Shown piece after piece: positions 1-13,599 of a stretch of 64,000 nt of DNA. The first letter of the stretch is position 1. Every line of letters begins with the position of its first letter. This DNA comes from Octopus sinensis (Eukaryota), in NCBI RefSeq assembly GCF_006345805.1, contig NC_043005.1, positions 5,518,001 through 5,582,000 on the forward strand, read 5' to 3'. The notes under the pieces were generated by a model that had not been told where the DNA came from, ran no database searches, and was given only the letters and a program-made list of their open reading frames with translations. The translations under genes were made by a program, and so were the position numbers.

Positions 1-698
1 TATATACACACACGACCACACATACATATACACACAGAAAAATATATATATACACATACACACACATCTACTCACATACACGCATACACACACAAATCCA
101 TACACACACATGCGCGCACACACAGCACACTAGTCCCTATATACACATATATACACATACACACATATATATACACCCACACATACACATACATACACAT
201 ATATATACATACATACACATACATATACACATATACATACATACACATATATATATATATATACACATATATATACATATGTGTACCCATGCATACCTAC
301 ACATACACACATATATATATATACATATACAAATACAGACCCATTCCCTAATTTTAATTTTATTATCTTCGTTTATTACTTTTGTTATCTTTGGCCGCTT
401 GGTCACAAACATCTTGGCTATGACAGCCAGACCATTTATCCGGCTACTGGAAAACAATTACTCATTCACTCACGCACACTCTTTAGCACGTACACTCACT
501 CATTCGTACACTCATACGCATACACGCACGCACGCGTTATATTCATACATACATACATCTACATACATTCACGTATATACACATACGTACGCGTACCTAC
601 AGATTCATGTCTACACTCTTAGAGGGCTAGTCTATACATATACACCAATAAATATAAATACACACACATACATGTACACCTACATACAAATACATACA

Positions 699-745
<47 letters not shown>

Positions 746-862
746 TACGCGTACCTACAGATTCATGTCTACACTCTTAGAAGGCTAGTCTATACATATA
801 CACCCATAAATATAAATACACACACATACATACATGTACACCTACATACAAATACATACATG

Positions 863-923
<61 letters not shown>

Positions 924-1584
924 TACATATATATACATATATATATTTATACTAACATGCATACTCAAAAAATAAGTAAATAGTAAATATATATACACGC
1001 GCAGTTATTCATACGTGAATGTATGTAGATGTATGTATGTATGAATATAACGCGTGCGTGCGTGTATGCGTATGAGTGTACGAATGAGTGAGTGTACGTG
1101 CTAAAGAGTGTGCGTGAGTGAATGAGTAATTGTTTTCCAGTAGCCGGATAAATGGTCTGGCTGTCATAGCCAAGATGTTTGTGACCAAGCGGCCAAAGAT
1201 AACAAAAGTAATAAACGAAGATAATAAAATTAAAATTAGGGAATGGGTCTGTATTTGTATATGTATATATATATGTGTGTATGTGTAGGTATGCATGGGT
1301 ACACATATGTATATATATGTGTATATATATATATATATGTGTATGTATGTATATGTGTATATGTATGTGTATGTATGTATATATATGTGTATGTATGTGT
1401 ATGTGTGGGTGTATATATATGTGTGTATGTGTATATATGTGTATATAGGGACTAGTGTGCTGTGTGTGTGCGCATGTGTGTGTATGGATTTGTGTGTGTA
1501 TGCGTGTATGTGAGTAGATGTGTGTGTATGTGTATATATATATTTTTCTGTGTGTATATGTATGTGTGGTCGTGTGTGTATATA
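1..1584. repeat. Long near-perfect inverted duplication (arms 1-576 and 1011-1584, spacer ~430 bp)
   Basis: 1-24 TATATACACACACGACCACACATA is the reverse complement of 1561-1584. The non-repetitive core (~345-450) recurs inverted at ~1130-1250. The match ends at ATTCACGTAT (576) / ATACGTGAAT (1011). Confidence 0.92.
591..900 (+). repeat. Two tandem ~158-bp direct repeats inside the palindrome spacer
   Basis: GCGTACCTACAGATTCATGTCTACACTCTTAGA starts at both 591 and 749; each copy ends in (TA)n. Confidence 0.9.
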
Positions 1585-1744
1585 TACATGTGTGTATACG
1601 TGTATGCAAGTGAGTGTGTGTATGTATACATATATATGTGTATGTGTAGATATGTATATGTATGTGTGATTGTATATATATGTGTGTATGTGTAGAGGTA
1701 TAAGTGAGAATCTCCTTATTTACCTAAAACTTTATTCCCCCCCT

Positions 1745-1746
1745 TT

Positions 1747-1832
<86 letters not shown>

Positions 1833-1950
1833 ACATATTTTTTAATATTTTTTTATTTTCTATTTTCTATTTTTATTTTTTATTTTTATATTTTTTATTT
1901 GTTATTTTTTATTTTTTACTTTTTATTTTTTATTTTTTATTTATTCTCCT
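1745..1950. repeat. (TA)n followed by (TTTTA)n low-complexity tract
   Basis: Visible directly in the sequence. Confidence 0.9.
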
Positions 1951-2138
1951 ATCTAATTTAACACTGACTCCTTGACCACTCCCCCAAGTACGATTTTTTG
2001 CGCTATGCCTACCCCCAAAAAGTCCCCCACCAACACCTGCCTAAATGTATAAATGCCAATACAATTCTTGTTAACTAGCTTCCTGAAGATTTCTCTTGAA
2101 TGAAACAGTTCTAGTCCTGTAGAAGCTCCTTCTATATA

Positions 2139-2169
<31 letters not shown>

Positions 2170-2176
<7 letters not shown>

Positions 2177-2550
2177 AGGTAATTAGAAATCAATGGTAAA
2201 AAAAAGAAAATACATCTGAGTGTTATCAATATATTGTAAAAATAGATGCAACATGAAAGGTGAGCTCTTCAAGTTTCTACCGACAGTCACAGATGTTCAA
2301 TGTGGGCACCCTTTGCCATATGGCAGATGGCTACACCACAGACTTACTCCTGTAAGTCTTGTGGAATTTGGAGGTATGAACACTGTCTTTCAGATCCCTG
2401 CAAAGGAAAAAGTCACAAGGTGTTAGGTTGGGAGACCTTGAGGGAACCAGACCATCAATTGTAAATATATCCCAGGATGCTGGTTGAGGTAATCACATAT
2501 GTGTCTATACCAATGTCTTGCTGCATAATGAAGTCAAGTACGTCTTCTTT
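2170..2550 (-). mobile_element. Degenerate Tc1/mariner (DD41D/rosa-like) transposase C-terminal relic
   Basis: Minus strand reads FIMQQD...CDYLNQ and, across a frameshift, PRSPNLTPCDFFLCRDLKDSV. Confidence 0.7.
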
Positions 2551-3442
2551 CAACTGGGGCAACAACCAAATGAACAGCATTGTTCCTTTTATTTTGAATT
2601 ATTCTGTATATATAAAAATCATTGTTTCAATCTCCATTTTTCCATGCTTGCATGGGTTAGGCAGAGTTTATTGAGACAGATGTTTTAGTTTGATGCTCTT
2701 CCTGTAGTCAACCCTTACCCATTTCCAAGCAAGGTAATGTTTCCCCATGGCCAGACATATTTCTACAGAATATGAGAAACAAATGACATTTACTTGCAAC
2801 AGTCAAGTGATGTCAAGACAAGGAGACACAAAATACACTCACACACACACAAAGAAATCCTTTCAGTTTCTATCCAACAAATCCATTCACAAGGCTTTTT
2901 TTTCCAGCCCAGGGCTATGCTAGAAGACACTTATCCAAGGAGCCATGCAGTGGGACTGAACCTGAAACTATGTGGTTGCAAAGCAAGCTTCTTAACCACA
3001 GTCATACCTCCACATAGACAAAACAAACAGAATGGACTTCTTTTTCAGTTTCTGTCTACCAAACTAATTTACAAAGCTTTAGACAACCCAAGGTTATAGT
3101 AGAAACCACTTGCCTGAGGTGCCACAAAGTAGGACTGAACCCAAAATTACATGGTTAGGAAGCAACTTTTTTAACCACACAGCCATGCCTGTGCCTAGCC
3201 TTGCCTCTAACTTGTATTCTAAATAATCTACTTTATATTTTACTGTGTATTTATAAATATAATATATACAATCTTTTAGCTCTTCTTAAAAAAAGGTGTT
3301 CAACACATTAGGTTTCAGTAATGAGAGTGTGTCAGTGATAACGAGACTATAAATTATGGCTTTAGCAAATATCAAATGAAGTTTGCCATTATTCTAGCTG
3401 AGAGAATTAATGAAATAAATAACTAATTAACTAATAAATTAC

Positions 3443-3534
3443 CTGTCAACATTTACAATTATTTTCATTTTGCTTTCTTGTTGCGTATCATCTGTATTCA
3501 GCTGCTTATCACAGACAGCAGGGGACATAATTTC
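3443..3534 (-). CDS. Candidate 92-bp exon of an unidentified minus-strand gene (EIMSPAVCDKQLNTDDTQQESKMKIIVNVD), possibly carrying the start codon
   Basis: Acceptor taattgttctctgcag| and donor GACAG|gtaatt on the minus strand; only one frame is open; unique sequence. Confidence 0.55.
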
Positions 3535-3628
3535 CTGCAGAGAACAATTATTATTAACTTTAGGAAAGACAAGACAGAAAAAAAAATAGCAATAATGACA
3601 ACAATGACTATACGTGTGTATATATACA

Positions 3629-4450
3629 CAGAGTGTGATGGGTAAATTGTTGCCATTTTATATTTTAATTTTGCTCATGGGCATTGTTTTTGATTTTATT
3701 GACTACACAATATAGTAGGGTCAGTTGGGCACCATGATGCAATTAACTCGGCTAGAAATTTCGAAACAACATGCACTGCTTGGCATTTGCACCAGAAACT
3801 CCAATATGAACATTTCAGAGTTTTGGGTGTCAATCTGAGTCCACAAAACCTGAGTGATAAAAATCAAATGTTCATGGTGTTTGGAGTGATCACTAGTGAT
3901 AGCAAAGTTATGCCTCCATTCATCTTCATACACGGCCTCAGACTCAACATGGAGGCCTACATCAAAGAGGTAGTGCTGTCCTGGGTCAAGAGGGTGGCTA
4001 GTGGAAGACCCTATGTCTGGCAACAGGACTCTGCATCATACTACACAAGCAGGAGAACCCAGTTATGGCAGTCAGACAATTTCTGTGACCACATCACCCC
4101 TAACATCTGGCCACCTAACACTCCAGATTGCAACCCCCTTGATTATTATGTGTGGGGCATAGTGGAGCAAGAGGCCAACAAAACTCCTTGTAACACCAAA
4201 GATGAACTGAAGACAAGGATTATGGCAGCATTCACCAACTTAAACAAGGAGACCATCCAGAAGAATTGCAGGAGATTCCAAAGTTGTCTGGAGGCCGTAG
4301 TTGAAGCCAATGGCAATTTTATTGAATAAATTTACTCTTTAGTATTTCAAGATATTTCTATGTAATTTTGATAAATATATGTTAAAACGAGATAGCAGTG
4401 TTATTCTCATTTTTGCGTAATTTAGACAACAGTTTATTCACCGCACCCTG
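3629..4450 (+). mobile_element. maT (DD37D) Tc1/mariner deletion derivative, copy 1
   Basis: ORF 3787-4329: WQQD-x37-D (…WPPNTPDCNPLDYYVW). Imperfect TIRs CAGAGTGTGATGGGTAAATTG / TTATTCACCGCACCCTG; TA follows the right end. N-terminal half is missing. Confidence 0.85.
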
Positions 4451-4800
4451 TATATATACGGAGAGAGAGAGAGACATGATGGGCTTCTTTTTCAGGTTCC
4501 ACCTGTCAAATTAATTCACCAAGTTTTTGTTCCAGCAGTGCTATAGCAGAAGCTATTTGCTCAAGGTGACACAGTGGGGCTGAATTTAAAACTATGTGGT
4601 TGGGAAGCAAGAGGAAGTACAGGTAGGCCCAGAATTAAAGCTGAGTGGGAAAGTACTTCAAGTTTGGTAGGACTGTTATAAACAAAAATTAAAACCCATG
4701 ATAAATTACAGAATTTAAATCTCAAAACCCATCTACTGACAAGTTAAATCATACAAAGTTTAAATGCATCTGTCAATGCAAAATTTTGTCATCAAAACTA

Positions 4801-6340
4801 CAATGGCCAAAATAAGACTGATGATGACAGTTCTATTCCTTCATTAATATATTTTTAACAAAACTGTATAAAATTATTTTATTTTTTACAGTTTATGTAG
4901 AATTTTTATCTCTTTCGAATGATATAGGCATTATATATCTTTCTGCAATTCGATTAATTCAAATGATTACAAATTGTCAGCAAAATAATTTCAAGACTGT
5001 ATCAAGATTATGCAAACTAATAAGCCAAATGGGTGGTCATACTTCACTGTTTTGTTTAATAATTGAGCATTGTTACACATTCATTCAGTATGGGAAAGCT
5101 TTGTAGTATCAGCCCAGTTCCTAGATCAAAGATTGTTTTGCTTCGTTAGCAAACTGTGTCCTTCATGAACATTAGCAAGCAATTAGGTTGCAGCAAAACA
5201 GCTTGGGTTCAAGCATGGAAGCTTTACCAATACAAAGATCAGCATAGAACAGGCGCTCTGAGAAAAACAACAGTAGAGATGGATCAGCAAATTCATAGGC
5301 TCTCTGGAGGTAACCAAATGCTAACAGCAGTGGACATTTGCAAGCAATTATCTGATGAAACTGACATCAGCTTTACAGCACAAATTGTCAGAATTTGGAT
5401 TGTTCAGTCAGATTGCTCAAAAGAAGCTGATAATCTCTGAGACTAACCAGTGGAAGCAGAAAAGCCATGCTGAATGGACGGCCAAAGACTGGTGAAAAGC
5501 TCTTTGGAGCGATGAACCCCACTAGTGCATCTTTGGGAAAGGCTTATACTGGACATTGTCCAACTGAAGAATTCCATCCTAAGTGTGTCAAGAAAATGGC
5601 GCAAGCATGAGGTGGGGGAGTAATGGTGTGGGTCACATTCAACAGCTTAGGTGTTGGTGCAATTGTTAAAGTTGATGGCAGACTGAATAGTGTAGACTAT
5701 CTGCAATAAGTAAATGAAAATGTGCTGCCATATTTAAATAATCAGAAGGCACCGGGATCTACTTACCAGCAGGACAATTGCCCCATTCATAAGACTAGGA
5801 GAGTTTTGCAATAATATGGTTGTTATTGAGTGGCCTCCTCAGAGCCCAGATTTGAATCCAATAGAAAATTTATGGAATTATGTTTCCAAAAGAGTTCATG
5901 CTAAAAAAACCAACATACTTGTCCCAATTATATAATTTTATTGAAGAAATATGGCAGAACATTGTGAGTGATTTTTGTGCCCATATGTCAAACTCCATGT
6001 CCCACCGTTGTAAGGCCATAATTGAAAATAATGACTATGGAACTAGGTACTAATAATAAATTCTTGTTTGTTGATCATTTGTGCCATAAATTTTCAATTT
6101 AAACAAAATAATGCTGGTATGGTCATAAATTTATTTTGCTGACAATTTGTAATAATTTGAATTAATTGTGCATTAAAATTATTCAAATTGCAGAAAGATA
6201 TATAATGCCTATATCATTCAAAAGAGATAAAAATTCTACATAAACTGTAAAAAGTAAAATAACTTTATACAGTTTTGTTAAAAATAAATTAATGAAGGAA
6301 TTGAGCTGTCATCATCAGTCTTAAACTTATTTGGCGAGTG
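4801..6340 (+). mobile_element. Full-length Tc1-like (DD34E) element with ~210-bp TIRs; transposase is pseudogenised
   Basis: 4805-5010 is the reverse complement of ~6110-6335. Motifs WSDEP, YQQDNCPIHK and EWPPQSPDLNPIENLW occur in broken frames (5156-6053). Confidence 0.88.
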
Positions 6341-6344
6341 CAAG

Positions 6345-8470
6345 TGCAGCAGGTGTTATCACCTTACCACTAGATACTATGACTACTTCAACAAAAAGTC
6401 TTTCTACACTTGGCATGTGAAAAATCTTTAATGATTTTACTTAAACTGTATTGTCTTAAGAACACTGCTCTCTACACCCAAAAGGAGAAGTTAGCCTTTC
6501 TATGGGTCGTTGCAGTTCTCAGATGTTGAAAGTCCTGCATCTGAATTCTTCTCTTGCAGAAAGGGCAACTTCCTCTTAGGCTGAAGCTGGGTTTCTCTTC
6601 TTTGGGATACCTGTTGTTATTTTGTAGTTTGTGTTTCGAAACATGTTCTTGGCATCCAGTTCCAACTCTCCATACATATCCTGCAGAAAGTTTTCCAAAA
6701 AATCAATTAGATCCACCAATTTATTCAGATCGACATCAACTTCTTGAAAAGCTTTACTTTTACTGTTAAAACGTATAAGAATTAAATTCCGGATCTTAGC
6801 CACCAGTTTCAAGACAATCCATTTTATCAGTCAGTGTCTGAGTTTCATATTTGTCACAAATCATTTTCAATATCTCTGAGTGCATTTTAATTGCAGCTGT
6901 ATCCATCAATGGGGGCTTTAGTAGCATCAGCGCTTGCTGACCAATGAGTTTCTGACAAAAAATTCAAAGTTATTTCTCTTATTTCTTGCCAAAGATTTCA
7001 TTAAATTTGCCAGTCTATGTGTTGAAATAGACAAAAAAGATATATAACCTTTGTCATGAAAGTCAAAATAGCCAACAGTTTCAACATAGCAAGAAACAAC
7101 TCCTTGTCCAACAGGATTCAACAAATGAGTAATACAGGAAATGAAAACTGTTGGCCGAGTTCTTTTTCCTAAGCCTGATTTGCATTCCTGTGTAGTGACT
7201 GGACACGACTAGCATTATCAAAGCTACTTCCTGCAGTCTGCAAACATTATACCCTTTTTGAAAGAAATTCTAACAGCGATACAGTCAATATTTTAGTTTT
7301 GTGAGAACCAGTGTATAGGAAAGTTAAAAACCTTTCTATTGGCTTCTCAGAAATAACACACAATAACTGTTGGCAAATCAACATGATCCCTGTCTTGTTT
7401 TGAATCTACAGAGACTGAGAAATGCTTGGCAGTTTTAAGTTTTGCTACACTAAAAACAATTTCGGGGAAACAACAACTATCAGACAAGTAATACACCATG
7501 TGGTAGTGAAAATATTTCTAGCTGAGCCACACTTGGCATTTAGGGATAGTGAAGAGATCATAGGATCTAAGCCTAACAGGAATTTTTTTTAATTATGGAA
7601 CTTATTGCACAGTTTGATCCATTTCTGATGGGTCATTTGAATGCATTTGACAATCCTGGAAGGGATAAGCAGTCATACTTAACATTTATCATCCACAAAA
7701 AAACGTTTTGATGGTGGGAAAAGGTTATGAATCATACAGCAGCAAAACATTCCCTACATAAAAGATTGAACTTCAACACAGAATTTCTCTGTGGCCTTGG
7801 TTTTGTTCATGGGTTCCCATTTTCTCCAATCATTAAATGCTTCCTTCTTGTAAAACCTGACATATCAGCTTGACATCAAAGTACAGTGAAAGCAATAAAC
7901 TGTATCCTTTGAGGGGCTGTACAAGAACCACTGTCTCTAATGAAACTCCCTATTGTCGTGAATAGTATAGCAATTGCAGTTTACCTTCACCTAATTGATA
8001 ATGGCATCAAGAATTGTTTTGACATCGAACTGATTTTGACTGAAACAACATGGATACAATTTTCTCTGGCAAAAAAACACATGGCTGGGTCTAGATCCCA
8101 TGATAGCAGGATGTGGTGATACTTCCTCTTCAATATTTTACTCTTGTTTATCTGCAGATGTACTTGGGAGTGTTGTTGGTTACCCAAAGGAAGGAATATC
8201 AGATACTGAGACTTCATTTAAAAATTTTTTTGAAGCAAAGAAAAAGGGAACTGCTATGTAGACTTTATTAAATCTTTCCTCAAGCATACTAAGCCAGGCA
8301 ATTTACACGTACCTCTAGGGCAGATAAGTAGGCCTGCAACCAAAATTAATCTAATGTTAATAGAAAGGAATTCAATGATTTACAGTGGCTTAAGAATTTC
8401 ATTCCCATAAAATTACTTTCCTTTAAAATTATGCTTCACTTTGATGGGGCCCTAGAAATGAAGAAGTGCC
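6345..8470 (-). mobile_element. hAT transposon relic (ZMYM1-like: TTF zinc finger, DUF4371, DDE), with an internal segment inverted
   Basis: Minus strand: WFLYSPSKDTVYCFHC…FNDWRK (7960-7800), LNPVGQGVVSC…STHRLANL (7124-6930), SETHWSASADATKA, ILIRFNSKSKAFQEVDVDL. Plus strand: LAFRDSEEIIGS…IMELIAQFDPFL (7520-7690). Confidence 0.8.
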
Positions 8471-8914
8471 AAAACACTTCAAAAGCAATAATTTGAAAAG
8501 GAATTATGTATTTCATGGAACTCTCTAAATGTTAAACAATCTTATGACATTTGCACTTACAACTCTACTTTCATCTGCAGATGTAACAATTCAAATTGTT
8601 TTGTGAAGGAAGAGTATAGTTTAGATTACAACTGAAATATGTTGTTATGAATTTATTTATTTTTTTCTGTTCCAACACTTTTTGCAAGATATTGTTTTTT
8701 GTTTTTTTTTATCTACCTATTTTCAGCCAGGAACATAGTAGTAGACATCTGAAATCACAACTAATGTGCAAGAGAGAGAGTTGAAAATTGGTGGTTAAAA
8801 ACACCCTGAAAGATAAAGATTTATGGAAGTGAAAGTTTTTAGCAAAAGAGAAAATGGTGAACAACATAAGGCCAAATTATTTTTCATTTTAAACAACATG
8901 AAAATAACAAATTG

Positions 8915-9560
8915 TAAGACCCGGCAAGACTAGTGAAGCCATAACCTGTGGCCCCTACCTGGGACGTAGTCAGTCCACCTGTGCATACCTTCCTGCTTGT
9001 GACACTTGTGAAGACCTGTTGAGGCAAGTCAAATCAAAGTCAAATCGAATCAAGTCAAACCAAATCAAAATAGATGAACATCAATGGAATTTGTATCCTT
9101 GTGGTACCAGTGCCGGTGGCACATAAGAAAACCATCCGAACGGGACCGTAGCCAGTACCGCATCGACTGGCCTCCGTGCCGTGGGCACGTAACAAACACC
9201 ATCCGATCGTAGCCGTTCGCTAGCCTCGTCTGGCACCTGTGTTGGTGGCACATAAGAAAAACACCGAAAACACCATATCCGAGCGTGGCCGTCTGCCAGC
9301 CTCGTCTGGCACCTGTGTCGGTGGCACATAAAAAACACCATCCGAGTGTGGCCGTCTGCCAGCCTCGTCTGGCACCTGTGTCAGTGGCACATAAAATCAC
9401 CCACTACACTCTCGGAGTGGTTGGCGTTAGGAAGGGCATCCAGCTGTAGAAACACTGCCAGATCTGACTGGCCTGGTGTAGCCTTCGGGCTTGCCAGACT
9501 CCAGTTGAACCGTCCAACCCATGCTAGCATGGAAAGCGGACGTTAAACGATGATGATGAT
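8915..9560 (+). mobile_element. RTE-type 3' end / non-autonomous retroposon with an internal 60-75 bp minisatellite and (GAT)n tail
   Basis: Ends CCAACCCATGCTAGCATGGAAAGCGGACGTTAAACGATGATGATGAT. Units GCCTCGTCTGGCACCTGTGTCGGTGGCACATAA repeat 4-5 times in 9103-9400. Confidence 0.75.
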
Positions 9561-9739
9561 GTAATATACTGAATAGATTAAATACAGAAACAATTTTAAA
9601 TATTTTTGAAAAATGCACAGCAAATTCTAATACATCAAAAGCATAAAATATTGAGGTCATCATGCGCTTTAATGACATATAACTGAAATATCAATGAAAA
9701 TTAAACCAACAATAACGATATGAGGTTCTTGAGAAGACC

Positions 9740-10515
9740 CACCCACGTCAGTGAAGCTGTATTCTAGAAGTGCTGTGTGTTCCACCCACATTAAACAAGA
9801 AAACTTTTCACACACTCTACCTCAACAAACCAAGCTACATCTCTACATCTCTTCCTTACATTTCCTCTTTCATGCACTATCCTTACCTCTCACTCCTCAA
9901 GCCCCCTCCTTCTATATATCCAGGTTTTCACCACTCACTGCATTCACCTCTCCATCCCTAATCATGCTTCTTTGGCAATGTCCTGCCCGAACCTCAAGGG
10001 TATGCCCTGGCACTTGCCTCCATCTATCTCACTCTCTATTTTTACTTGACCATCCCATTTATATTCTGATCCCTGTCCCTTGTGAGTATGCCTGGCACTT
10101 TGCCACCAATACTATCCTGCTGTCTCCCACTCTCTCTCTCTCCCTCTCCTCCTCCTGCTCTTCCCTCAGGTTGGGTAACCATGTATCTCCTTTATAGTAG
10201 CACACCTGTTTCTTTTCTCATTCCTGATCTCTCTACAGCAAGACACCTGTTTCTGTCCCTCTGTCTCACTATAACCTTTCATCATCTGACACAAGATCAC
10301 CTCCTCCCCTCGCAAATGATCTTTGTCTTGCAAGTTACTTGGTGACCCTGTCAGTGCAGGTTCCATTTAAAAAGCATTCAGTCCACTCAGCTGAGAGGTT
10401 GGTGTTAGGAAGGGCATCCAGCTGTAAAAATCCTGCCAAAACAGACAAAGAATCCTGGGCCTGGCTACCCTGTCCCACCCATGCCTGTATGGAAGGCAGA
10501 TGTTAAACAATGATG
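9740..10515. mobile_element. Cluster of degenerate RTE-tail SINE/LINE fragments
   Basis: The same AGGAAGGGCATCCAGCTGTA…TGTTAAACAATGATG tail recurs at ~12170, 15910, 22550(-), 43945, 45480, 52780, 53650(-), 56600, 58820 and 63150. Confidence 0.6.
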
Positions 10516-13179
10516 TACAAAAATAATTTGACTGCCTTGAATGACCAAAAAGAATAAGTTGCTGCATGAAAGTAGGTTTTTCTTACAGATTTCTCTCTCA
10601 TTCTTAAACAGTATCCTTTAGTTAATTTATTAAGGTAGCATTGGAGAAAATAAGACATTTATTATAAATCAGGGTAGTCAAGTTATTGTTTGTACATTTC
10701 CCATTATTGCCAGCTTCAATTCCACATTTCACTTTTATGTCTCTTAATCAAAAGCGCTTCATTACAAGACAACTCCCTCACTAACAAAAAACTCATTTAG
10801 ACCAATGTTTCAGCAGATGCCATTTTGATAGACAAAAGTGAAACAGGAATTCTAAGCAAAAGGATTGCCCAGTCTTGGTTTTCTGAGCAACTAAAATTTT
10901 CACAAGGACTGCTAGTATTAATGAAAGTAGTAAAACAAAAACATAATGATTCCTGCATGGATGTTTAGCAGCGTTATAGGCCTCATAGTAAAGCTGTATA
11001 CTGGGGTCCCTGCAAACACAATCACCATAAAAATGGTAATTTATATAAATGGAATATTAGAGAAAGAAACTGAAGTTCTAAAACAATCAAAAACATAGAA
11101 TAAAGAATTTGATTTTATTAAAAAATCTCCCCTCTCTAGGATGGTTGCCAAAGCATTATGACCTATACCTTAAAAACAGAATTTTGGAGAAATATTTTTC
11201 CAGTATGGTAATTTCAACTGTTTCATTAACTGGAACAGTACAAAGAAGAAAAAAAATAAAATAAAATAAAAAAATAAAGGGAAAAAAAGAGAAAGAAAAA
11301 GATTTGTTTAACGAAAGATAAATTTTAATATGTCATATTCCAAAGTTGGGAAAATGGATAAACTGTTTTTAGCTGTTGCAAGATATAATTTTATCCAAGT
11401 ATAACACTGACTTTCCTGACATTGATGGTCCAGAATCTGCTATAATTCATACTAATTTGCACTAATTTATTTCATTTAATTATTTAAGCAAAATAATATT
11501 TGTTTAAATTAGAACATGCTGACCAAGGAGACCACCTCTAGTTGGGAAAAATCAGAAATTCAGAACGGTTTTGGAACTAAAGCCCCCAGAAAATCAATGT
11601 TTTACTGTAATTGTAACTGTAAATTCAAAATCAAAATTTTGGAAGTTATGACGTTCTTTGCTTGTTCTAAATAAGACCAGCCTATCAAATGGTTTTGATG
11701 TCAAACTGAATATTGAAATTAAGGTGCAGTAGTATGTGTGTGTGTATGCCTGTGTGTTTAATCATAAGTACTAAAACCAGTGGCTAGTACAGCCACCCAC
11801 CGAAGAGGGTGGGAGCAATATTAGAGACAGCAAAGGCAATTTCCACTTTTGCCCCACATTGCCATGGGCACAGGTGTTTTTGTGAGGCACAGGCATGGCT
11901 CTAAAGTGTGGGCATGACTGTTTGGTTAAGAAGATTGTTTCCAAACCATGTGGTTTCAAAATCAGTCCCATTGCATGACTCCTTAAGCAAACTTTAAAAG
12001 AAGCCTGTTGTGTGTGTGTGTGTGCATGCACATGCACTCATGTGATGGTTATAAGCAAGAATTTCTATCATACAAAGAAAGTTGTTCATTTCTAGTCTTC
12101 TGTGAAACATATGTCTGGCAATGGGGAAATATAACTTTGCATGGAACTAAGTGAAGGCTGGCAACAAGAAGGGTATCTAGCTGTAGAAAATCTGCCTCAG
12201 CATGGAAAAGTGGACATCAAAATGATGATGATGAAGAGGGACTTTGCAAGTCTTCTCAGACTAGTAAGATCGGTTTGGTTGACACTTTCTATCCAGATCA
12301 GTATTTGGAAACGGCAATAAGGGCATAAGCAAGGAAATTCTTGTAGGAATACAATTTAGGAAGGAAAATTAAGCAAATAATTTTTTTACAGTACTTAAAG
12401 AAGGCAAAGGAACACATCTTCTGTTGTATTGCTAGTTCTAGTCAAAATCCTCAGTGATATTTGGAGTTTGATTTCATTGTCAGCAACCATTTTCAGCCCA
12501 AACCTCGGGAATGAAGTTCATGGAAGGAGGCCATGCAAAGATTTTAGCTCAATATACAAAGAGCTGGAATAAATGCCCCAAAACATTTGGTTCAACATTC
12601 ATATAGTTTCACCAGTCCACCATCTTGGATTGCTACCTTTTTATCAGCCCCAAAAGGACGAAAGGCAAAGTTGATCTCAGCATGTTTTGAACTCAGAGCA
12701 TAGAGAATCAAAGCAAATGCCACAAAGTATTCTGGCTAACTCTCTAACAATGAAATGTGAACCAAAAAAAGTTCTAGTTGACAATTCTGCGAAGAAGAAC
12801 AAGAAGAACAAGAAGACTATGATTACTATTGCCAACAAGAGAGAGTTCCTGCTGTCACCAGAGTTTGCTCTAACTAATGACTACTGATGTTAGTAGAAGT
12901 AGCAGAGGAGCATTTGAAGCATAAGGCAATAACAAAAAAAGAGGGTGACAATAGGGTATAAATTCCAGCAGAGACGCTTGGTAATTCTTTGTGGCAAATG
13001 TATGCAAGTCTCCTGTAACACAAACAATAAAAGATCTCAAAAGTTTCAGAAAAGACAAGCACAGCTGTGACATGCTTACAAACATTCTAGCCAATAAATA
13101 TAGGAAAGAACAAAATCAGATGCAGAAGGGTGCCATCTGTCTATATATTGCCATTGTTTAAGTTTAAATTGATCATCAA

Positions 13180-13480
13180 TAATGTTAGCTTTGTCAATTT
13201 GAATTAGTTATGGACACTGCCTCTCTAATACAGACTGGTAGAATAACAACAACAACAACAACAATACTTTCTACAATAGGCACAAGACCAGCAATTTTGA
13301 GGAAGGGGCTAAGTTGATTACACTCACTCCAGTGCTCAACTGGTACCTTATTTATCAACCTTGAAAGGATGAAAGTCAAAGTTGACCGTGGCAGAATTTG
13401 AACTTAAAACGTAAACATATACAAAATGCTTAGTAGCATTTTGCCTGGCAGGGTAATGACTCTGCCAGCTCACCACCTTG
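13180..13480 (-). mobile_element. tRNA-derived SINE, family D (GGTGAGCTGGCAGA… head)
   Basis: Related copies at ~12600-12690, 19497-19640, 47640-47790 and 60570-60770 share AGTTCAAAT…TTTGCCTTTCATC. Confidence 0.7.
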
Positions 13481-13599
13481 TTGTTGATGATGATGATGAT
13501 GATGATAATAAAATGAGGTGTGAAATAGAAAAGACTGGAAAACAGTGCCCTGGTGTAGTCCACTTGTAAGGTATCTTGCAAAAGGCTTTACTGTGGCAT

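Noticed and set aside
72-1695. Many 60-214 aa ORFs (YIYI/THTH/VCVC)
   Set aside because: Translations of dinucleotide microsatellites; no coding signal.
2040-2136. Minus-strand exon candidate (GASTGLELFHSREIF…)
   Set aside because: Phase is incompatible with the 3443-3534 exon and the splice sites are weak.
9103-9400. CRISPR-like appearance of the repeat array
   Set aside because: The intervening sequences are homologous to each other rather than unique spacers; eukaryotic retroposon context; no cas genes.
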